Source: Octopus bimaculoides | Lineage: Eukaryota | Direction of reading: 5' to 3' | Length of the DNA stretch: 64,000 nt | NCBI RefSeq assembly: GCF_001194135.2 | Contig: NC_068998.1 | Span: forward strand, 18,754,368 to 18,818,367 | Shown: positions 1 to 11,600 of the stretch, in pieces | Layout: every line of letters begins with the position of its first letter | Numbering within the stretch: the first letter of the stretch is position 1 | Notes under the pieces: model-generated | Databases searched by the model: none | What the model was told of the DNA's origin: nothing | The model's input: only the letters and a program-made list of their open reading frames with translations | Position numbers and translations under genes: made by a program

Positions 1-228
1 GTGCATAAATTGGCAAGTAAATGAGACGCATCTTTGCCTCCACTGATTCACTTGCAAAGTGTTGAGTAAAATTATTTCGTTGCAGACCTCCTTTGGGTCT
101 TTTTATTATCACTGCGACACACATAGTCCCCAGTTGGTAACATTGATTTCAAGGCCCTCCTAGATGAGAGACTGGCATTCCACTTAATGTCTATGTTCCA
201 TGCTGGCATGGATTGGAGAGTTATTAAT

Positions 229-339
229 GTAGAAATATGGTATCGTAGCTACTAACAGTTGAGGGTTGCATAGTCTAGACAGCGTTTTTAGATTTCATTA
301 TTCTCTTTAACCCGGGCAAAGCCGGGTATTTCTGCTAGT
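229..339 (+). mobile_element. Helitron-like 3' terminus (non-autonomous fragment)
   Basis: GC hairpin CCCGG-GCAAAG-CCGGG (311-326), followed 8 nt later by CTAG (335-338) and T, the canonical Helitron 3' signature. Confidence 0.6.
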
Positions 340-420
340 TTGAAATAAAAATGTGATGTGTGCAAGCCCACCAGTTTGTTTTAGTTTGTGTTTTTTTTCA
401 TATTAAATTCTGATATAATC

Positions 421-690
421 GTAATCAACACTGTCTGAAAAATATTTGTGTTGAAAATTTCATTAAAAAAAATATTTTTCTGAAAGTTATGAGGAAACAA
501 AACCGACTTTTGTGAATTTTCAGAAACTTTCCTCCCCACCCTCAGAAAATTTTTTCACAACTAATTCCTATGTAATCAGAATCTCTAATATGTTGGTAAA
601 AATACAATTGCATTAAAAAATATCCATTTTTCGGGACATTATGAGGAAACAGAGTTGGTGGGGGGTGCATACTTGTATAGGTATGCCTTA
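421..690 (+). mobile_element. Partial copy of the foldback/MITE family seen at 56556-57279
   Basis: Shares AAATTTCATTAAAA...GAAAGTTATGAG(G/A)AAACAAA, CCCTCAGAAAA and the terminal GTATGCC with 57040-57279. Confidence 0.6.
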
Positions 691-1611
691 AAATCAACTC
701 ATTACATTTTAAAATCTCTTAAAATAGAAGTTAACAATACTTGACTTTTGTTTCAGTATTTCACATAACAGTTGTGTTTTTCTTTCCTTTTTATTTTTTA
801 AACTTATACATTTCCTATTTCTCAGAAATATGCCAGGCTTCTCTCTACTATCTGGCTCGATATGTTCTTTAAATTCAGCCAAATACTTTTTCTTTGTTTA
901 ATCCTTTGACTCATTAGGAATTGTACTGGAAAATTTCTCTCATTCAATTCCCATTCCATTTTATTTATATTACTTCATTTATGGTTAAAAAAATTAAATT
1001 TTTGACAACTTTATACTACTATGATGATAGTCTTTCTTTCCCTTTTCTGAATGTCTGGATAAATTCTTCAATCTTAAGTTAGCCCTGATTAAGAATTACA
1101 TTTTTTATTTTGACATAGTATATTATATATTGTTTTCTTATGTTTTAAGATGGTAGCAGTATAATTTAAAGGAGATATGGTTACTATTTCCTTAGTTCAT
1201 TTAGCTGTCAAAGGCATTCATTCAGTTTGCACTTTTTGGTTTAGTGGTCACTGTCAGGGGACTACAATGGTCTGGGAATGATGCTTGCAATAGACAAGTA
1301 TTCCTTTATCATGGGGAGAGTTTTATATATTAATTTAATGTCACAAAAGTAAAGCTATAATAACCTTTGTGTCTCTTCAGACTCAGGACAGTGGGATATA
1401 CAAGTTTCTTATACATTTTAATAAAAATGTTGATTTACAGAGGTTTATTAATTTCTTAATTTGATGTGGCTTTTTAGACAGTTCAAGATTAGTGCTTTGA
1501 CTATACAGTATAATCAGAAAACAGCTAGTAAATATTAGTTATATTTTATATGTATAATTAACCAAAATGGCAATGACCAACCAACTCTGAAATGCATAGC
1601 AACAGAGAATG

Positions 1612-1822
1612 TAGCATTTAAATCAGCCATATCCAGCCCAAATATTCTTCCTGTTTTGTGTTCAAACTGTTTAGATCTGGTCTCTCTCACCTACTGTACA
1701 ATGTCATTCCAAAAATGTAAGAGCACATCATTGAAATCTCAAAGCTATGAGACAATGCATGATTAATTCGAACTATTGTGAATAAATAACATTCGACAGT
1801 AATCTGAATATTAAAGGGCTAA
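1612..1822 (+). mobile_element. TTAA-type (piggyBac-like) MITE, decayed copy
   Basis: TAGCATTTAAA..GCCATATCC body ending AATCTGAATATTAAAGGG; same family as 13761, 27776, 31250 and 32573. Confidence 0.6.
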
Positions 1823-2418
1823 AACTGAATTATTATATCATTTAACAAGGGTTAATGTTTATATTGACTTCTGATTAGAACAGATATGCCTTTATAACTT
1901 ATTGTGATGGGCAAAGTATGAATTCCCCTACATTTTACTTGTTGTCAAGGTGTGAATGCCTGAACATCTCAGATATCAAATCAAATGTAAAAGAATCAGA
2001 TGGATATACATTCATATTCATATATGTCTAAGGTTGGAGGTGACTTGTGCATAAAGTGGTCCCTTCCTGTGACATGTCACAAGCAAATTATTGTTGCAAA
2101 AATCAGTATCATGAAGAGAGTTTTGCTAGTGTACTTTATCCATGGCAAATATCTGTTGGAAGTTCACCTGCAAGACTAGCAGGTAAAGCATAACTCTCTT
2201 GTAAAGTATGTTCTTGTTTTTTTATTAGTTCTAACAGATTTCCATTTTGGTAGAATAATGTAAACTATTCAAAAATGCAAAACAATGTCTATATTCAGAT
2301 TTTTATATCTTAACATTCAGAAATTAATTTTTCAAATGATCTTTCATACATTATAGTAACTGAAAAAAGTATTTTTCTAATCAACATTTTCTAACTAATT
2401 TTTCAGTCGAAGAAAACA

Positions 2419-2681
2419 ATGAGAAAGAAGGGAAAAGGGAAAACAAGTAATGTAAAAATTGCAAATAAAAACCAAGCAAAGTTGAAAAAGAAAGCTAAAA
2501 TGAAAGAGAAAACTAAGCAACTACGTAAACAAGCTAAACAACAGGTTCCAGAAGTTGATTCACAGCTTGAAAGTGAAGTGGAGTGTGAAGATGCTCTTGA
2601 TGTTGAAGATACTCTTGATGCTGAAGATCTTCAATATTACCAAGACAACTTGTCAAACATTTCATTCCTTAAAAATGAAAA
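2419..2681 (+). CDS. NOC3L: NOC3L coding exon 1 (Lys-rich N-terminus then acidic stretch)
   Basis: ORF MRKKGKGK...ISFLKNEK. Acceptor tttttcag ends at 2406; donor GTCAGT at 2682 gives phase 2, matching the next exon. The start codon is uncertain. Confidence 0.85.
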
Positions 2682-5600
2682 GTCAGTATAAATATTACAC
2701 AGTATATACCTTTTTCTTTTTATGTATGCTTGTGTAGAATACATTTTATTTTTCTTTGTTATGAAAGGTGGAATCAGCTTTTCACAATTGAGGTGCCACA
2801 TAAAACGCATTGATGTGGGTGCTGGTACCCTGTAATAAACACTGGTGATGGTACCACATAAAAAGCATTGGTGATGATATCACTTTGTCTTTCAAGGTCT
2901 TTGAAATATGTAGTAGTGGAGCACTGGAGTGATGTAATCAAATAACCTCCTACCCCCAAATTTCTGGCCTTGTGCCTTTAATAGAATGAGTTATTGTATG
3001 CCTTGCCTATGGCGGTAGGTTCTACCCAGGACAGATTTGCAGTATTAGGCTACAGTACTTTACATTCTGAGTTCAATTCCTTCGAGGTTGATTTTAACAT
3101 ACATCCTTCTTGTGTGATAAAATAAGTACCGATCAAGTATTGGTGTCAGTTAAAATGATATGCCCTTCCCTAACATTTTATGGTCTTGTGTCACATTTAG
3201 AAGTCATTATGGCCAGGTGTACAGCACAATGATCTTTCTAAGTTTGAACTTATGATCACATTCTCAGCAGTTCAGTACATTAACCAAGAGTATATAAACT
3301 ACAGTTATGTATTAAAAACAAACACATCAGGGTAATAAATAAAAAGGCAGACTAGACCAAAATATTGCTTTTGGTGTTGCAAGTTGCCAGTAACTGATAG
3401 CTTCTTAAATGGTTTATTGTAAGGTAAAGTATGTTCACTTAGGTAACATTATTTGTGTTGGAGATTGACATTTTGGTATTGGCTTGCTATAATAGGTAAG
3501 ATTTGTGTAAAGGATGTACTTCTTACGAATAACAGTTTATATGAAATAATCTATTTGTAAGAAATGTGATGCAGTAATGGTTGTTGGATGCATAAAATAT
3601 GATATATAAAGTCTACAATTGTTAGAGTCACATATACTACAACATTCAGGTAATTAATCTTTTATATAACTATGATTAATACATACTATAATTTTCTTTT
3701 ATACAGAGATATTAATAAGAAAGCAAAGAAACGAAAATGGCAAGAGGGAGATGAAAGTTCATATGAGAAAGCTCCCCGAAATAGTTTTGCTGGCGATGAG
3801 AAAGTTTATAAACGTCTTTTGCCAGTCAAAATGAAGAATAAAATAATTCCACAGACTCGTGAAATCATTCCAAAATCTGGTTTGTTTACAAATTTAATCC
3901 ACTTTTCTAATTGGGTTTGTTATGTTCCACTATATTTGGCTGACATTCCCATGCAAGATAAGTCCCGACTATCGCAATCTTAAAATCAGATTTCTCAAAT
4001 TCAGTTCTCTCTATTGATTTTATGCTAAGTTGCTTTATTTAAGCCGGCTTTATTAACAACGTAGCCTCATTAACAAGCAAACAGTATTGCTAACCAAATT
4101 GAGCTGAATGGTAGGCATTATAAAACATTGAATTGCATAGTCAAGACAAAGAGCATAATTTCATTATAAAATTAGTGTAATTTATTAGTTTGATTGTAAT
4201 TGACTTCCTTTCAGCTTAGGATATGAATCATCCACATAAATATGAAAACCTGTGGTTGTATATAATTTTCTTAACAGAAAATCCATTTGGCATTGTTGGT
4301 TTCACATGACCTTAAAACAGGCATACAAATCAATGTGACAAATAGTGTTAAACATTCAAACATTGTCACTATCTTTCCAAATCCTGCTGCTTTTTACATG
4401 AAATTTTCAGTCCTCTAAAATTGTATTGCTGTATATGTCAACTTACCTTTTTTGGAGGCTGTAAATTTTGGTCTGAAAAATTTGACCTGTATGCTGGCAA
4501 ATACAGTAGGTATGACAAAATGATGTGGCACATGATATTTTTATATACCCAGCATTTTTGGTTGCATTCTGTACCACAAGATTTGCAGCCAGGATTTAAA
4601 CATCTTAGTTTCATAATGTTCAAGCGGCATTAGATTGTTGGATGTTGATATAAAAACTGCAAATAAGTGGCACTAAAGATTTAAAAGTCTGGTGAAGAAT
4701 ATTTTTAGATGTAATTATTTAAATTCTGGTGATGGTTGATTTTGATTTGTATTTAAATTGGTCTCTCAGGTTAATTTTATGTTTCTTGTTTGTTACTTCA
4801 AGATTTGCTTTTTCCTCATTGAAGAACTTGTCTCAATGCATTTGGAATTGATATGATATTTTCTATTTTATTTCTATTCTAAAGAGGAGGAAGATGAATC
4901 AGATTCTGAGAGTCAGAATGGAGAAGTAGATGATGAAGAATTTGCATTTAACGCCCAAGATGATGATTTTACAAATCTTAGTGTTGCTGAACAGATGCTA
5001 ATAAAAGAAGAACATTTGGCAAAAGCCAAACAAAAGATGGCCCTGTTTGCTCTTTCCATTATTGAAAATCCTAATGAACATGTAATTCTCATTTTTATTT
5101 CTTTCTAGTTGCATAACACTTTTGCTTGCTATACTCACCTTATATACCTATTGTCAAACCACTTTTAAGAAATTACACTGCACATACGTTGCATTTTGAT
5201 AGTTCAATGATTTCAGTCATGTATTGGTTTCTTATGTTCCACTATATTTGGCTGACATTCCCTTGCAAGATAAATCTTGTCTATCACAATCTTAAAATCA
5301 GATTTCTCAAATTCACCATAACTAATGCTCCCTTCTGACACAATACATTTATCATTACTGCATTTTTACAATCTTCGTTTTTCATTGTTGACATAAATTA
5401 GACAATATTTAAGTTAGTGTTAATATATAGGATACAAGAAGCATTAAAAAGTTAACCAGAAAGTACTTATAAGGAGAGAAAAAAGAACTCAAACCAAAAT
5501 ATTGGTCAGTGACTATCATACACCATCTCTCCATGCAACTTAATTCTGCAGCAGTTCATCTCTGAATTTTAATATTCTGATATCTAACCTACTTTCTTCC

Positions 5601-8600
5601 TATGCATTTGTTACAGTTACCTGGTACCATAAGCTTAACCCTTTTGGCCTGGCTGGTACATATTTAGTTAGATATTGTTAAAACCAACAATTCTCAGTTT
5701 TTCCATGGAATAAGTAACATTTCATGTTTATGTAAACACATTTAACAATTTATAGGTTCTGACATTCAGATAAGTTCATTAAATTATCATTAAAATTGTT
5801 GGTAAATATTGTTAAGTGATCATTATTAATATCACTGATAGGTGTTAGAGTTACCTCTAAATCACGGCAAGCATGTTTTTGCTTGTATCTTTATTTAATA
5901 AAATCAGTTTTTTAAATCTTACGTTGGGTCATCAGTCCGCACTGAAGGACCCAGTGCAGAACTTGTTTTTTTGTGTGTTTTTCCTTAAGAATTGATTCTT
6001 GTACAGACTGCTGCTACTACAACTTCTTTTGATTTGGAGTGATTGTATGGATGTAAATTAAACACACACCACACTAAACTTATTTAGACAGGTTTCTTCG
6101 ACATAAAACCATGGGAGAAAACTCAGCTAGTTCTACAGAATTGTTATAATCTTGTAAAATTCAAGTTAACTGGGACTTAGTTTCAGTTATCGGTTTATAT
6201 ACATTTCAGATATCCCGGCTGCGAGAATTACTCCTTATGTTACAAAACCCCACCTCCTCTGACGTAGATGTTGCCATCAGCAAACTTGGTATGATTACTC
6301 TCATGGAGATATTCAAAGATATCATTCCTGGCTATAAGATACGGAAGTTGACTGAAAAAGAACAGCAACAAAAGGTAAATGTTCTTTAAGTATACTCTAT
6401 ATATTTTTGTAAATATAACATTAATATTTTATTATCACTCGTCATTGACGATTCTTTAATGTTCTATGTCGAGTGAGGTAAATCAGAGTGGACCGTCGAC
6501 CTATAGGAATATCTGCATTTATTGGTTAGTTATACGGGACTCATCATCATCATCATCATCCGATCAGGCAACATGCCTGAACCAATAAGTTATATTGGCC
6601 TTTTGCGAGCTGAAATATCTCATCTGCGCACACCACAGGAACAGATGATAGTGGTAGTTTGCTAACTGACCTTTATTGACCCTGGCTGTTGACAGTTTGT
6701 TATCTGTTCATCTGCTCAGCATCTAGTGACACTGACTACTCAATAAATTCAGCTTCTGAAATACTTCATATTCATCATTCTGCATTTCATGATTTCAGCA
6801 TTTCCTAGCTCAGGTGGTTACATGCTATTTAACTCATAGCTGGGACCCTGACAAGTGCTACAATTCCAGGTTAGAGTAGACCTAGGAAGAAGTGGGGCTA
6901 AGGGGTGGTTCCATATTCCTCAGAACCCTGGAGCTCCAGATGCATTGAATTAAATTGAATTGTATCTTATGATATATAATTATGGCTAAAGATACAAACT
7001 TATTCAGAGCTAAGCTTCAATGGTAGTTATTGTGGATTTCAAACGTCCTGTCAATTGTTTGTCATTTTATTAGTGTAATCAATTGCAACTTTCTTATTCC
7101 ACTATATCCCTGTCATTTAAACGTCCATTTTCCCATGTTTGCATGGGTCAGATGAGAGTACATCGAGGCAGAGTTTCTACTAAGAGCCTGGACAAATTTT
7201 ATGCAAAGAACTGGAAACTAAGGGCACTGCATGAATGAGCCCTTTGTTGACAAAAATTGCTCGAACATGTCAAGAAGCCTGCTTTCATGGTGGACTGCAA
7301 GCTAATGACACTGTCATGAAGCCATGTTTGTAAACCAGCAGCAGTGAAGAAAATATAAACTTACTTATATACAATATGCTTCAGTTTCTGTCAACTAAAT
7401 CTATTCACAAGGTAGTGATCAACCAGGAGCTATAGTAGAAGACACTTGCCCAAAGTGCTATGCAGTGAGACTGAACCTAAAACTACATAGTTAGGAAGTG
7501 AGACACAAGTTGACCTTTGACTCGTTTATAATTTAACTGATTTTTTGAAAAAATTTAAGCTAGGCAATTACTAATGTGTAGTACCCATTTTCTTTGTAGG
7601 CTCTTATCGTTTCATTTTTGTGTCTCCCTTTTTCTTATGCTGCTGTGAGTTGGGTCTGAATTATTGATGTCACCCTTACATGTTTTACATGTAAGGTACT
7701 TTTATTCCATGTCTTCACACACTGAACTGTTGCTGGACATTTTGTGTATAGGAGACATAAACGTCACTGCTGAAGCGATGTCACTGTGAAGACCCGTAGA
7801 TGCAAACACAAATGCATGTGTACATATGCATGCACATGTGTACGTACACACACACACACACACACAGAGGAAACGAACTAAGACTTGGTTGAAAACACTA
7901 CCAGTTGGAAATGTATTTATTCCTACAATTCATATGAACAGTTCCAAAATTGACTGCTCTTCCTTAGCCATGATATTTGTTAATTTAGTTTTCTACACCT
8001 ACGACTAACTTCAAAGTTATTCATTTTAGATGTCAAAAGAATTTAAAGTTTTACACAGTTTTGAAGAATCATTGCTGAAATCTTACAAGCATTACCTTGA
8101 ATATCTTTGGTCAGTTGTTTCTCGTAAGTATTCTTTTTTTTTACCCTCATACCTGTTCATTACATCTCAGAATGTCATGCGCTTTGTAGATTTTTCTGCT
8201 ATTCATATTAACTAGAATTTCAAAAAGTAATTTTTTTCAGTTTTCTTTTCTCTTTTTTCCCACTGGATTTTCATATAATTGCAAAATTGTTAATAATGAA
8301 TAATTTGGATTAAATATTTGCACAATTCATTTTAATTTCAGAACCCAAAGTTGACGCTACCTTATCACAAACTAAACTAAATGATAAAAAGGTAAGAAAA
8401 ATTCGTTTGTAATTCTTTTTCTTATGTATTATTCCTTATATGGAATGACTGTAGTATTGAATCTTCATATTGTAATAAGTGAAGAAGCATTTTGCTTTCC
8501 AGCTAGGTGCAGTAGTGGCTGCATGGTGAAGATGTTTGCATTGCAATCACATAGTTCCAGGTTTGACCCCGCCATGTGGTATCTTAGAAGAGCATTTTCT

Positions 8601-11600
8601 AACATTGCATCAAAGAGATTCAAGTTTTTTAAGTGAATTTGGATAGATGGAAACTGTGTGGAAGCCTATCAGACTATTCTCCAATAGTAGGCTTAATCCA
8701 TCACCTGGTGTAGCACAAACATTTGATCTTTAATCAGCATGCACTAAGCAAGTTATTGGACCAGGTGCTCCTCTGAAGATAATTTGATATCTCAGTGTAC
8801 TGCATCAACCTATGAATTTGGTTTCATTCCATTATCTGCAACAAGTCTTGGAGGCATGTAACATGCCATGAGCAGTACACTTCCTCTTTTAATCTGGCCA
8901 TCATTTTAAATGAAATCTCTTTTTTATTTCTTCAGTATTTTTACAGTTTGTCTTGTTTGATACACACTTATGGAAGTGTAGCTAAAGATAGACTCATGAG
9001 GTTGTTCTAATTAAGTTCAAGTTGGATCTAAGGTTTCTGTTTTTTTTTTTTATACAACAGATTATGAAAGAAGTTGCTACTCAATGCCTATGCAAGCTAC
9101 TTGTTAGCTGTTATCACTTCAATTTCCGCAGTGAACTCATCTCATTTGTTGTCCCTTGCATGAATCTGTTCAACAAAGTGGTATGATTTTTCTTTATTTT
9201 TAATTTTTCTTTGTATATGTACATGTGTGTATATATGTGTGTGTGTGTGTGTGTAAGAATGAGAGAAAATATATATCTTGACACAGTCTTCATTACTGAA
9301 TCAAGCAAATACTTATTCTTTGTTAAAATTTACCTTAACATGTGAATAGAAGGATCAAGTACACTTATGATCAATAGGCAGTCCAGTTATGACCTTCTCA
9401 ACATTTTTCTGCTACAGTCTGTCTCAGATCACATAATGTGTCCATTTTTTAAGACAGATGTGATTTGAAGGTGATTTAGCTGTTATTTCAAGTGTTGGCA
9501 TGTAATGGTCTTGATTCATAGTTGGCAAGTTCTTTCCATAGACTAAAAAAGGCAACATTACATCAAGTTGGTTTTCCTCTTCAAACTTAGAGGTTCTAAG
9601 GGTGCTTGACTCCTGAGAGCATTGTAGGAATGGTGTTGTGACATACTTGAGTATTTTACTTCTGCTAGAGCTCATCTCGGTCCAAGTCTGAACACAACTG
9701 ATTTCTTCTACTGAAACAGAAAATGAGAAGAGAAAGAACAGGAGAGAGAAGAAATAGCTCCAGTACCAGACTGGTACTTTATTTTTCAACACCAAAAGGG
9801 TGAAAGGTAAAATTGACTGCAGCAAGATTTGAACTCAGAGCATTAGAACAAATATTACAGAGCAGTTTCTCTGGTGCTCTGCCAACTGTGCTAACTCACT
9901 GCCTTATCATTCTATTAGGATATCAATGATGTGGGAAAAGTAAAGCCCTTGGCTATTTGGATATATTTCACTGTTTTTTGTTTTTTTTTTCATGTAAGCT
10001 TAACTGTGTTCGTTTTTTCTTTCTTTCTTTTTGGAGCATTTTGTTTTATGGCTATATACTCTCTATATTCTTACTAAGCAGTTATTTATGTAATCTGAGT
10101 AGAATTTAATTCTTCAGCCAAGCAAGATAAGTTATATGCTTTGTCCCTAAGTTCACAACTTATTGGTTACAGTGAAGTGTGAACTCTTGACCATGTATTC
10201 AATATGTCAATCACCTTAACTTTAAAAGCATTGTGTCTGTTTGCTTGCATGAAATCAATAAGATGTGCATCTTTAGTTATGTTATATTCGAGCAAAGGCT
10301 ACATTTGTCGATAATTTTGTTAATTGTTATTCAATTCCAGAGTTCAAATGCTGCATGTGAGGCAGTTAAAGAGGTTTTCAAAATAGATAAACTTGGTGCT
10401 GCTTCTCTTGAAGTGAGTAAAAATTTGCTTATATAATATCATTGCTTGTTTGACTGTTTAATACTTAACCATTTCATTACCCTATTTCTGCTGAAATATA
10501 CTCCCTTTGTTTCATTTAATTATTTTTAATAATTAAGAATTTGATAAAATAATTTTGTCATAATCAAGCTGGTGCTTGGAACTTAAATTAGCATGAAATT
10601 TTGATGGATGACTTTAATTTAAAACAGGATGTTTGTATCCTAGAACTAGGGACAATCTCAGGCAGGTTGGTAACAAAAGGGTTTTAAATAGGTTACCACA
10701 TGGAGAACCTAGTGGCTGTTGGCTTCTACACTATGCCTTTTTGTTGTCCTTGAATCTGATGATAGTGTTTTGAAAAGTATTTAAATATTTGTGAAATGTA
10801 ATCTAGCAGAACTCTGTAACCCATAACAGCCACAAAATATAAAATTTGTGATGATTATTATTAATGGGTGTAAGTGAAAAAGAAGGTTGCTTTAGAGTAG
10901 TAAACTGTTTGGTCTTTTATTAGTTAACTCCGTCTTTGTTTCTATATAAAGTATTTTTCTCTGTATCCCTTAGTAATGTGACAATACTTCCTTTTTATAT
11001 TAACACGATTTTTCTTTTCCTATAGTAATCTGACTATATTATATAATCTATATTTTCAGATTGTAAAAGGTATTGAAGACCTTGTTAAAAAGAAAATATC
11101 TCTTGTGAAACCTAAGGTAAGTGGAATTGGATGGAATTTAAATTATTCTGAACACTCTGCCTTTTGGCAGTGATCATAGTCCTGGTTATCTTTATTTCTA
11201 GTGAAGAGAAGGAAGAGAGGAACTTGATTAGAACTCTTCATTGTTTGATTATTCTAAGTTGCTATGTTTGAGAATGGGATTAGCTAGGTTGCCATCTAAG
11301 GCTGTGGATTTGGCTGTGCCCAGATGGAGAAGGATCTGCAAAGTTTGGAAACTGAAAGCATTGAAAGGTTTAATGAGAGACAAAGGAAGAAACTAATTTG
11401 AGAATACTGTTATTTGTACTGAAAGTGAATTTGGAAGGGGAACCAAGGGCACAATGTGGCTTTATCAGGTTAAGTCAAAAGTTGTTTTTTTTTATATTTT
11501 AAGCTTTAATTAATAATTCAAACAAATTAAATATGAAATGAGTTCTTCATCAAAATATATCCCATCTTAGTCTGTTGCCATTGTTGTGCCAGAAGCTCAA

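Noticed and set aside
1015-1095. Possible C/D snoRNA (ATGATGA..CTGA..CTGA) with pyrimidine guide
   Set aside because: No terminal stem; complementarity to the 28S segment I recall is only about 9 nt; the last CTGA lies in a repeat-like motif.
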